Shown here piece by piece: positions 12,321 through 23,946 of a DNA stretch of 49,473 nucleotides. The notes beneath the pieces were generated by a model that was not told the origin of the DNA, ran no database searches, and saw only the letters and a list, made by a program, of their open reading frames with translations. Numbering within the stretch: position 1 is the stretch's first letter; each line of letters starts with the position of its first letter. The position numbers and the translations under genes were made by a program. Origin of the DNA: Nemertoderma westbladi (Eukaryota; Animalia; Xenacoelomorpha). The stretch lies in contig JAUCBJ010007733.1 in the NCBI GenBank assembly GCA_032718475.1, positions 1 to 49,473 of the forward strand, read 5' to 3'.

Positions 12321-14099
12321 TTGCTTGGGTCGCTACACGATGGAGGAATGCGGGTTCTATGTACAAACACCTTTAAAGATAGCAAATCCAGCGCTAACCA
12401 GTTTCTCAGCAGCGGCATCCCGGAGACTGAGTTTGATCAATGTGGGATCTTTAAACTGACTATCAACGTTCCCAAACGGAGTCAGAAAGCGCCTAAAACA
12501 TTCAAACCGAATGAACTTATTGTGTTCTTATTACATTCGTATTTGGAAAGTTTAGTTCCCGGGATGAAGGGAAGAGAATTCATTGTTCGGCTGCATATAT
12601 CGGCTAACCATCCAGAAAGTGCGGTGTTCTCAAATATGGCGTAGATGGCCAAGTAAGGATAGAGGGGAATACTCGTGAAAGTATAAACTGCGCCAATCGC
12701 GATATGCTTCTCCTTGAACTGACTCTTCTTTTCTGTTGTCTGCGCTTTTTCCCTGCAAACTCTGGTAGAGAATACACACGTTCGAGGTCGATGTCATGAT
12801 CAATTCGTAGTTGTCTTTGCGCATAGGATCGAAATAAAGCTATCTCAGTTTCTGTGTCTAGATCATCCGTATCGTGTAGATCGATAGGGTGTCCCGTATT
12901 TAGGAAATCCATGTATGTATCATTTCGATGAATATAGCGCAAGGTGAATTATTGATAATCACGAATTCACGCTGGAGTTGTTCTTCGGTCATCGGTGGAT
13001 CGACTTATTGTTTATCATCCACTGTAGTCTATTTACTAATATCACCGCTTAATAGACTATCGAGGAACGCTTGTAGAGGTTGATTATATCTCACATTAAT
13101 ATCAAGATCCTTTTCTATCAAATCCATTATCGTATATATGTGAGAGTTTATCAATATATAAAGGTATAATAAGAAGGCCAGCGGGCGTCGCTGCCTCATC
13201 CCTCACTAACTCCCTCCAGACAGCCAGAGGTCCTCAGCGCGGGTGTACTGCTGTCGCTATGCTCTTCGTCAACATAGTAGCTACACAACGACAACAACAA
13301 CCAGCGCGAGTCACTCCAACTATCCGTTTCAAGGGCGCAATAGTAGAGGTAATTATTGCATGTACAGGATGACTTTCACAATTGTGGCTCGCTACTGTAA
13401 ATACACTTTAGTAGTATCATTCACCTATGAACATACAAATCTACATTCGCACTACAATTCATACATTTATGCCATAATTTCCATTAGTCAGTGCTTTCCA
13501 GAATGTCACGTTGTTATTGTGTATCCTTGGATACTATACACTGTGTTCTATTCAATGAGGCAAGCTTTTTATTGTTCTTTTACTGTATTTAATTCTAGCC
13601 TTGTTGTTGCTAAGGTGACATTATGAAAGCTAGCGGTAGAATTAGGGTATTTCTCATGCATACAGATCTGGGATGCTATTTAATAGCGACTCTCGGGTTA
13701 TTATTATTCCCTTTATATATGATGTTTATTAAATTTGTCGGCTATTTAAATGCACACTAGGAGATTTCCTCACTCTGTTGTAATAGGGTGATTCTCCGCT
13801 CCCGTGATCTATTAATTGACTAATTTTAGAGAATTTTTAATAAATTGTCCTAAATTGACAATTTTATTTAATTCGTGAGGGGACATGAATTTAAAATTTA
13901 TTCCCATAAATTTTATTATTTTAATTAGGATGGGCACCGATTTATTCCACTGATTCTAGAAATTTTGTCTTTTAAGTATATCGGTGGGTGCCACAATATA
14001 TTAATCGACTAGAATTACAGATGGTCAAATGGTTTAACAGATTTACTGTTAAATGGACATCTACTATACGTATTATTTCAGGACTACGGTATGAGAGCA

Positions 14100-14550
14100 A
14101 TATAGCAAGAAGAAATGTCAGTGAGATGAGGCAAGTCGTTTCCAAGGTCTATCCAGAGCTTGGTTTAGCCGAAACACAGTGATCTGAACTTTGCATTCCT
14201 AATACTCTACTTTTACCAAAGTAAACCAGAGTTAACACCTAAAGTACAGTAGAGCCAAGGTAGAATTTACTTTAATAAGAGATTTATCTTACTGTAATCA
14301 CGTATTTATAATAATATACGGACAGTAAGGAAAGGAGAAAAAATGAAATTATTTCCCATCGTTAACTAAAATATATGTATTATAACATTAATTAATATGG
14401 CATGCGTAGGATATTGCACCAATTTACTGAATAATTGCTTATATAATTATTTTATAAATAAAATTAAATAAAACGATTATAATAATATAAAATTATATAA
14501 TCAGGCATACTTAAATATAAAAATAAAGACAAATATAAAGGGTTGTCACA
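14100..14550 (-). repeat. Probable 3' LTR of the 14551-16712 element; distal end unresolved
   Basis: Begins with TGT right after the PPT and has a TATAAA-like box near 14305-14310. The left coordinate is a placeholder estimate. Confidence 0.45.
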
Positions 14551-16712
14551 CACCCGCTCCCATAAATAATGAGTTATTGAGTCCATAGATGTTTATTGGA
14601 TCTGGGAGGTAGTCGTCGGTAGAGTTTCCTGTTTACCATAGTTACCGGATAACTCTCGGTCTCACTCTAACAGACACAGACGACCAATTGGGCGATTGAG
14701 TTATTGAGTCTCGAAGACTATTCCTTTCTTCTTATGGTTATGCTTCATAACTACGAGTTCTACCAATCACACTAAACCGTCATCGGATATATGGGTCTCG
14801 ATGATACGACCTATCTGCCACCTCTTGCGGGGAAGATCCGAATCGACTATTAGGACAATGTCTACGACGCTGATATATTCTTGCTGCGCAAACCATTTAG
14901 TTTTGAGTTGCAGCATCAGAAGATAGTCAAAATGATCAGCGAAATGGCGGGATAACAACTGCATCAGTTGCCACGTCTGTTTGCAGTATTTGTCCCCGTC
15001 GTTAATCTCCAATATGGGAAGCATGGCCACTGGCTTCTTGAGCAGAAAATGCACGGGTGTTAATGCTTCTAGGGAATCTGGACTCGAGGAGACTGGCATA
15101 AATGGTCTCTCATTCTGGTAGGCGGCGATTTCTTCCATCAGTGTTCGCAGGAGTACGTTAGTGAGATACGCGTGGCGCAGCACTACAAAGTGGAATGCAG
15201 TCTTGACACTGCGTATAAGTCTCTCCCAACTTCCTCCCCACCAAGGAGCATCTGCGGTGTTGAAGGTCCAGCTGGATGCTGTCACTTTCAGCTGATCGTG
15301 TACCTGTCTTTGGTTCCAGTCGTTGACGTAAGCTTTAATCTCATTGTTGGCTCCGATGAATTTTTTACCTTTATCCGATCGCATAGTATTGCTAGTCCCA
15401 AAACGAGCGATTTGTCGACGTAAACTGAGTATGAAACTATTGGTAGATAAATCATTCACCATATCCAGATGAATCGCTCTACAAGTTATATCAAACAAAT
15501 ATAACGCACCATCGCTTGACTATAGTTCTAGAGCATTACACTTCAATAGGGCCAAATATATCCACACCAGTATTGGTAAAGGGTGGTTCATAACAGCTTA
15601 CTCTTTCCCTAGGTAAATCCCTAGGTTCTGTCTCTTGCTTGGTTAAAGGCCTAATAATTGCTTTCCTATATGCTATACAGTTTCTAAGAACTTGATTTAG
15701 CTCTTTGCCCCTTTTTGAAAATAATAGCGGGTTCTAATTTCGCTAAGAACTCGTTCCCTACCGGCATGATAAAGCCTACTGTGTACATCTACAATCATCT
15801 TGATTTGTATCTCAAGATTTCTAACTAGTATGGGAAACTTAGTATCAAAGGAAAGGGGTGCGTTGGTTAATCTCCCTCCAACACGTATTAGCCCATCAAA
15901 CATCATGCTAGAAAAGGAATCCCTTAAGCATATCTGTGGATTTCTCAACAACAGGATCCTCATGACATTGTAGAAGTCTCAGTAGTTGCTTGTTGGTATC
16001 ATCATGCTCCTGGTAACTGATCTTGTTAGCAAGAAAGTTGGTAGGTAACTGATAAGTGGGAAGGTCTTTAATGGTGTTGACCTCTTCGACTACTCCTGGG
16101 ATGGTGTCATTGGTTACCTTTGGCTTGGAATAGTGATGATGGAAACACCTTTTCAAGTAGGTTATGGCTTTACAAAGCCTATTCCAGGAACTATAATACG
16201 CCCTCACTCTCTGAATAATAGGAGAGAGTCCTTCAGAGACATTGGGTATACCAGTCTTCCAATCCCGGTCTCGAATATAAACAACTGCCTTACTTTGGAC
16301 TCATTTAGGATCTTTGGATCTTTCTTCATTAGGATCCTTATTATAATCACCGGCCGTATGCAGTACTGACAGATCTATCGCCGGCTTGAACAGTTTAGAT
16401 TTACTCGTCCGGGTTTTAGGTTTAATGGTTTCCGCTCCCTTGGCTTGTCTGATCTTAGCCGTAGTAAGATGGGGGGGGGGGGGCATTCCTCCTCCTGTTT
16501 ACTTAAGAAGTCAGGGCCACCTAACCAATCGGGAGTATCCGCATTCTGGTAGGTCCTCCTCTGGAGGCTATGTCGGCTGGATTAATGGTTCCAGGGCAAT
16601 GTCTCCATTGGTCTATATTAGTGCGACTAAGTATAACAGCTACTCGGTTAATGACAAAGACGCTGAACTGGCAGACTTTGTTAGTAAGATATTCTAGAAT
16701 GAGTAATGCATA
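14551..16712 (-). mobile_element. 3' fragment of a BEL/Pao element related to 532-7040 (RNase H end, integrase, PPT)
   Basis: Integrase ORF 14767-15498 (RAIHLD, SDKG, APWWGGSWERLIRSVK, LTPVHFL, WQIGRI). 15350-16712 aligns with 532-1878. The sense purine tract GGGAGCGGGTG (14561-14551) is followed by TGTGAC. Confidence 0.9.
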
Positions 16713-18387
16713 TCGGACAGCTATTTAGCCTACGAGTTACTTATACAATCGGAGCAGGATTATACACCTTCTGCTCAATACTATACTTGTAGATAAACAA
16801 AGCTGACAGAAATATGTAAACCATAAAAGAAATAAGGGGTGATCAATCCCAAATCTCCCTAACAGCCTACTGGTATATAAATATGTCACAATCGAATTAA
16901 TACTATTTAAATATCAGACAGCGTTATGACTTATACTAATTACAACTGAGGGTCATGAAACAGTACAGTGTTTACATTCTTTAGGAATGTATAATTATTC
17001 GCTAGCACTCACTTTACTGACAATTGGTGCCAAAACACGTTAATTTGGCGGATGTTACCAATTTTACTCATATATAAGGAGGATAAATTTAGCTCGCTTA
17101 TGTTGGGGTTATGAAATAGCATAAAATTCATACAGACCACTGTAATTTGAGCCAAGCAATTGTTACTAATGTTCCCTTCTGCTTACCTCAATAATAAAGA
17201 AAGTTAGGGGGAATTATCGATTATTCTTTAAGTATTCTCCTCCAAATATAAGCATCCCTTAAATATTTTACCAAACAACAATGAATAATAGTATAAAACA
17301 GTATAAAATATGCGGTGCCGGCATTTAATCAGCAGTCGGATGCTTGCCACATTTATTATGGCAGAAGTCAGAATTAATGATTTATAGATGGGTGCATAGA
17401 GAGTGTCTAGAGGTAATTGACTGTGCTTGATAATTCTCTGGTCGCTGATGGTTTTGGGCAGAAGTCAGAATGAATGATTTTGTCACACTACGGCATATTC
17501 ATTATGTAAACAAGGCCCCAAGAATTGGCAAAGTGAAAATTGCGCTGATTGGCCAGGAATTAACATAGAGGCTACGGGACAAAGAAAAAACACTGGCCAA
17601 TGGCTGGTGATTTCGTCACTACAGCTCTGTACCAAAATCAACGCTAGAGGGCGAAAGTTTTATACGTTTTCAAATCCCTCGTGATAATGCCAGTTTTAGA
17701 GTAGTTCGCGTACTGCACAAAAACGACACATTTTTGCCGCAAAAACTTTAATACTTTCAATTTATATAAGCCACGTGTGAAATGATTGAGATTAAAAAAA
17801 ATAAATCTAATATGTATATATTTAAAATCACCCTCCATATAAAACAATATAAGAAATTATCTGAGCACTGCGTAGTGACGTCAAATAACTAGCAACCAAT
17901 CACAGCCAATTTTCAAAATTGGCTTCCCGCGCTTACTTAAACCTGCACTTTCGACAATTTCCTCGTGTTTTTACAAAAAAACACACCCCCACCACCACTT
18001 TTACTCTCGTTTCTACAACTCTCGCTTCTTTCCTTCTCATGAAGCTGTAAGTCACTACATTTTTATGGACCATTTATTAAAAGTCTTGGAAAAGAATGAT
18101 GCAAGCCTTTTTCGGAACCCAAATATTGAATGTCTTCGCAATTAGAGTTATTACAAAGACGAGCTCTGGCGATAACATTTCATAGTTCCCAATTGAACAA
18201 CCTCCCTCCATCGACCGGAAATTTTCATATCGTGTATTAGTTCGCTAGGCCTATACAAGATTTATGGAACATTATGTAGGTCGTTGATTAAATACTGAAT
18301 AAATACATTGTGATAACATAAAATAATAGTTTACAGTAACAGTCATTTTATGTCGAAAATATATGTCATACAGAAAGAATAGAGTAT

Positions 18388-18969
18388 TTAAAGAACTCTA
18401 CACTTTCTACCATTATTGAACCGCCTTTTTTTAGGGAACGGCACAGCTCTGATAGCCTAGTCAAACACTTGCTTCACACCTTTTTGCGTTAACGCCGAAC
18501 ATTCTAAATACTTTTTAGCTTTGATACCCTTAGCCATGACCAATCCGTGTCGATAGGATATTGGAGACTGTTTCTTGTCCTGAAGCTTTTCAATCGTGTC
18601 TTTATCATCTCTCAGATCCAATTGGGTCCCGATTAGAATGATAGGTGTTTCTGGACAATGGTGGTACACCTCGGGGTACCACTTGGTGCGGACATTCTCG
18701 TAAGACGCGGGACTAATCAAGGAAAAACAGATGAGGAAAACATCAGTCTGGGGGTAGGCGAGGGTTCGTAATCGGTCGTAATCCTCTTGCCCTTCCGTAT
18801 CCAATAATCCAAACATGATTGGTCTACCGTCAACCATTACATTACCTGAGAAGTCGTTACACGTAGTCGGAATATATTTAACTGGAAAAGCATTCGTTAT
18901 GTAACTAATTACAAGGCATGTTTTACGAACCGCTCGGTCGCCAACTACCACACATTTAATTGCTTGCAT
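18388..18969 (-). pseudogene. rac: Rac-family GTPase pseudogene (copy 1)
   Basis: Near-identical to 46580-47158 but with P-loop GDRAVRKT (G12R, G15R) and GAG>TAG at 18457-18459. The stop removes the polybasic/CAAX tail, which is still readable to 18388. Confidence 0.93.
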
Positions 18970-20214
18970 TTTTTGGTAAATGATATATTTCTAATTGAGT
19001 AAATGAGATAAATTAATGATATATTTATCAGAGTAAATGATACGTTAACTAATCAAATTTACAGTATATATTCCTACTGTAGTTAAAAATCTGCAGTTGT
19101 ACAGCAACTTGGGGGTGGGGTTTAAGCACGGTACTAGAGGTACTACAGTACAGGTAGTACCAACAAACTGCGGTACTAAAATTTATTCAAATGTTTCTTC
19201 TAGAGTTACACAAGTACAATAGGAATAGTTTGTTAATTAAAAATAATCTCGCAAAATTACCCAGAAATAAGAATTACTAAGAATAAATAACACAAAAATT
19301 ATAACTCGTTTGAGACAAATTCACAAGTAAGCTTTGTTGTGCCCAATCTTCGTCTGCAGATAAAACTCCACCCTCATATTGAGATACTTTCGCCCGGGTG
19401 CCCAGAAGCCATCATCGGCCATTTAATAATTACAACTTTATTCAGTTATTGGGTTGCTGTTTATTACCAATATAGAAACTGTAACCTGCGCTATTGACTG
19501 CCGTTTAATATTTTGGTTAGAATAACATGCCACTGTAACCTGCCCGGGTTGGTTGGAACATCGACCGCTACTTATAATTACGAGGTAGGGGCTGCTTACA
19601 AAGGTATGTATTGATTATAACCAAAACAATACACGGAAGTCAGAGCACAGGTTACAATCATAATCAGCTACACAACTATTTAAATTATTGTAAATAATGC
19701 CCTTGATGCGTACCCTAATATATTATTAACAGAGGGGTTATTTTTAAATAAAATGGATTGTTCTTAAAATATACGTTTAATAGAAAAAGCAAATGACATA
19801 ATAGCCTAAAAAAGTTATGTTTTACACCTACTTTTTAGACAGTGTATTGTATAATTTAATTTAAATATAATATGCTGAATCCACCACTGAAGTAAATTAA
19901 TACTAAAACACACAGTACATAGGCCTACTACTACATGTCCGGTTTGAGTATTTATTATTATTACTGTATTATTATTGATTAATAATTATAGTTTATATGC
20001 AGATAAAATTGTGGTGGGAATGTTAAAAACGAACACTACACTGAAAACAATACCGTAGTGGCCATGGGATCCCCTTCTAAAACTCAACAATTTCGAAATT
20101 AGAACACAATGCAAAAATTTACTTTCTCGTCGGATTGGCATCGCATGAAGGTAGGACTACACTTTCCATTAGTAGGCCACGTGAACACATTGATGTACTG
20201 TAGTTATATCTAAG

Positions 20215-20900
20215 GCCTACTGTATGGGATAAACATCCTAGACAAGGAATTCAGACTCGTTGGTGTACTGGCTTGGGGTTTGCATTGTTTCAGAACCTTC
20301 CCCGGTCTCCCTTCCCCACCTGCTCCACCCCTGCTGACCCATTTGGGGATCACCACGTTGGCTGTGGCGGCGAGCTGGCGAGGGAGACCGGATTAGCGGT
20401 CATGATTCTCTCCGGAATGATATCTTCCAATCAGCCCAATAGGCTGCTCTAGCGCCCCGGAGTGAAGTCTGATGAGCCTGCTGATGTGTACTGTACCTCC
20501 CAAATTGGAAGAGGGGTCATCCCATGGGCCTGGACGTCATCGTTATCTCGCCAACACCCCCCCCCCCCCCCCCCCCCTCTCCAATCCCGAACCATTTCAC
20601 CAGCCGCCACCACACCTGGATATACACTCTCCATTGCACCGGAGCGAAAACTCGCAGCCCACTTTGAGGAGTGCCACAACTCAGGTGTGGGATTCACCTC
20701 CCTTGTGGTGGAAGCTCTGGGAAGATGGGATCCCCCCTCCACTCCCATCCTTCAGGAAATCGCGCGTCTGCAGAGCCTGCTAGCTCATTCCCGTGTCCGA
20801 CTCAGTCAAGCACTTATACAGTATTTCAACGCTTGTCTGTTCTGAAGCCTAGTTTTCCCTCCCTCTGTGGCACGGAATCCAGTTAGGTGAGACATCTAAC
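20215..20900 (+). mobile_element. Decayed 3' part of a restriction-like-endonuclease non-LTR retrotransposon (CRE-like)
   Basis: Across frameshifts it reads D.EFRL, CSTPADPFGDHHVGC (Zn knuckle), GDRISGHDSLR, PADV..PNW..G..LDV..ISP, RK..H..C..G.GF..LVVEALG.W and FQRLSV. Clade assignment is from motif recall only. Confidence 0.75.
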
Positions 20901-21159
20901 CATTGGCATACCTACTGGGATCCATCCGCATAGCAATCTAAGTAGGCCTAAAGTATATTTATTTTATCTAAGGTGCATGCCAATACTTTGTTAACCATCT
21001 GTTGTAACCATCAGTTAATAATTTTGTTGATTTTCTTTTATATGATATATATATGATATGATATATATATATAGGATTCATGTAAAAAAGTTACATCATG
21101 AGTTTTTGGAAGGAAAGTCTGTCGGACTCGGAAGGCTGCGTTTGCTTACTCCGTCGGCC

Positions 21160-21300
21160 GTCGCCATTGTCCCGTTTACTGGTTGTAATAGACTCCACCA
21201 CCATCGCCCCGGGTTTAGTAGACTCTGTCGCCATCGTCCCGGGTTTAATAGACTCAGAGACTCCATCGCCATTGTCCCGGGCAGCCGGGTTAAATAGACT
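21160..21300. repeat. Imperfect tandem repeat of ~30-40 bp (CCATCGTCCCGGGTTTAATAGACTC core)
   Basis: Four to five degenerate units visible. Confidence 0.75.
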
Positions 21301-21422
21301 GACAGCGTAACAGCCCCTATAGGCCTAGTCAGATAGTACTCTGGCCGGTTACATCGCGTTTCGGCAACTGTCACGTTTAGGCAACTCATATTCGCGTTTC
21401 GGCAACTGAACAATTATGTTTC

Positions 21423-22015
21423 TGTGACGGGATCAGGGGATCCCGACCAGTTGGGTTTATGTACGCGTCAGCTGCACCGTGTGATGGAAAAGATGAGAGT
21501 TTGTTGTTCCAATGTTGTTAATAAACTCGGTAATATATATGGTTATAGTGTACAACGATAGCAGATAGCACAGTTGACATTGACCGGTAATATGGTATAT
21601 GGTTGGTGACGGCGGTGACGGTCTTAAAGTGTCACCGTTCTGCCCTAAGTGACTGAGCAAACTACTGAGTAAACTGAATGTTATGGGCACCGACCGGTAA
21701 TATATATCTAATCACCCTACATTACCTTGGCCCTATTACTCAGCGGATGCCTTTCCTGTCCCCCCATTGGTTGGTAACCTACTTCTCGCCTTCACCTCTA
21801 TGGGAGTGCTTCCCCCCCCACTGCTGTTACTCTCTCTCCTTGAGGTAGCTTGACCTCTAACTTCTATTGTGTGGCTCTTTGGGGCTGTGTATTGTGCCCG
21901 TTATTGGGGGTGATACGAGGTTGATTGGTAATCAACCTCGTACTTCCCAATATTGCTTAAAGGCGCCCTTTCCAACTTTATGGGGGTTGGTGAGGCGGAA
22001 TTGAATCCGCTCACA
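21423..22015 (-). repeat. 3' LTR (593 bp)
   Basis: Direct repeat of 28793-29396 with about 12 substitutions and a poly-C length difference. Confidence 0.97.
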
Positions 22016-22439
22016 CACCCCCATGCTATCTTCACGGTGAGAAGATAGCATCAACCTCTAAGCGCGCTTCAATTCCGCTGCAAACCCGATCTACTATCGG
22101 GTGTGGGGTGGAGTTATTTTTTATTTTATTTTTCTCAGAGCCGGCTTTCCAGGCCGCTCCCTATGGGTATGATATCGCTACCCTGTCTTGGTGCAACTTC
22201 ATCTATCTTGCACCAAGACATCTGGCGTCCCGTGTCGGGCCAATTGTGGGTTTCTCTCACACAATTTTTGTTTCCCCAACACTCTCTCCACTCTAACTTC
22301 TCCACTCTACCTTACTCTCTACTCTAACACTCTCACTCTCTCCCCACACCTGAATCGCACTTGTCTGCACTCTCTCTCGCATCCTGTCTCCTCTCCAGAC
22401 TTCTCTCATACTCCTGTATTCTCTAAGGCCCTAATCTCT

Positions 22440-23000
22440 TATACTATCATACTGTGCTATCATACTATCTACCTTATCTAAAGTCTAACTTACTACTTAC
22501 TCTACTAACTCTAACTCTACTGATTCTAACTCTAACTCTATTAGCTTTCTAACTCTCTACTAACTCTCTACTTAACTCTCTACCTCTACTAACTCTAACT
22601 CTACTAACTCCTAACTCTACTGCTACCTCTAACTCTGCTACCACCTCTATCTACGTGGCGCTTGCGGTGCCCACAACCACTCTGCTTACTACCTCCATCT
22701 ATGTGGCGCTTGCGGTGCCCACAACCACTCTACTACTACTTCCAACTCTGCTACTACCTCTATCTACGTGGCGCTTGCGGTGCCCGCAACCCCTCTACTA
22801 CTCGTGGCATGTGAATATACCACACTCCCTTATACCCGCCGACTTCTAACGGTACCTTACTTACTATCTTCTAACTACTACTTACTATCTTCTAACTTTC
22901 TACTTACTATCTAGCTTCTACTAACTATCTGACTGCTAACTTCTTACTATCTTCTAACTACTACTTACTATCTTCTACTAACTTTTCTTACTTAATTATT
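22440..23000. repeat. Low-complexity CTA/CTCTAA tract with three copies of CTA(C/T)GTGGCGCTTGCGGTGCCC
   Basis: Directly visible in the 3' untranslated part of the BEL element. Confidence 0.85.
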
Positions 23001-23231
23001 TATTATTTTTCTTATTATTTTATTTTAAATAATTATTTTTGTGTGGGAAGGGCGTCTCGCCCTCATTCCCACCCCCTCAGTCCAAAATATTGGATGACTA
23101 AACCTCATCTAAACTTCGAGGGCGATTCTTCCAACAGGCACTCTCCCACTGCTCCCCTTGTAGGTCCTGTAGGATTCGCCACACTCTCCTCGCCAATTCC
23201 AACTCACCAGGAATTGGTTCCCCCTCTCCTG

Positions 23232-23912
23232 TCACCCTAAAAACGGGTCTCTCCGCCGCCTCTTCTTAATTCCCTCGTCTCTTGGCATCAAAATGCCACC
23301 TCCCACCTTGTTGTCTCCCGGCGGCAGAATGAAAAGAAAGTGAAAGAACAGGCCAAACAGAAGGTACAATAGTAATCCTATCCCTTTCCATCCTGTCTTC
23401 TTACTCGAGCTCCCCTTTGTCGGTATGCCTCTCAACCGGCCCGGCGTCTCTTCCGGACACTCCTCTGGACACTCCTCTAGACACTCCTTCCAACACTCCT
23501 CCAGACACTCCTCCGGAGTGTTGTCCTCCGGACATCTCGCCGTCCGCTCCTTCCCATCCCCATACCGATACTTGCTGGGAACCTTGTTCCATCCCATTGC
23601 CTCTAAGTCTTCCGCGTCAAATCCATTCTCCTCCGCCCACTCTCCTACTGTTACTTCCCCGTCTGGCTCGTCTACCATCTCCGGTTTATTATCTTCGTCC
23701 TCTGTGTCTACGGTGCCTGGTAACATGCACCCTGATGTCTCCGTCACTCTGGATGGAATCTTGGTTTTAACTGGGCCGCTAAGCGTCCATCCGAACGGCA
23801 TGAGGATCGCCGTCGGATCCCGCTGTCTGTCTTCGCCGAAGACCATCTGTATTCTCTCGTGGGCCGTCGGGCAGTCCATTCCTACTATAATGGATACCTT
23901 CCTAACGTCCAC
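23232..23912 (-). pseudogene. Frameshifted continuation of the BEL polyprotein after the protease
   Basis: IIVGMD..P.A...PFGWTLSGP is the typical BEL post-protease motif. It is followed by an acidic region, a (CxEE)n repeat and a hydrophobic stretch. Confidence 0.75.
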
Positions 23913-23946
23913 CTCTGGTATTGAGAAATCGATACCGTCCAGGAAT

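Larger units (their letters stand above)
17389..21147 (+). repeat. Segmental duplication copy A, first part (matches 45589-49247)
   Basis: Near-identical from TGGGTGCATAGAGAG to GCTGCGTTTGCTT. Homology resumes at 31886-32094 and 38947-38970 versus 49241-49473. Confidence 0.97.

Noticed and set aside
21457-21690. 77-aa ORF repeated at 28827-29060
   Set aside because: It lies within the LTRs; its duplication reflects LTR identity, not coding conservation.
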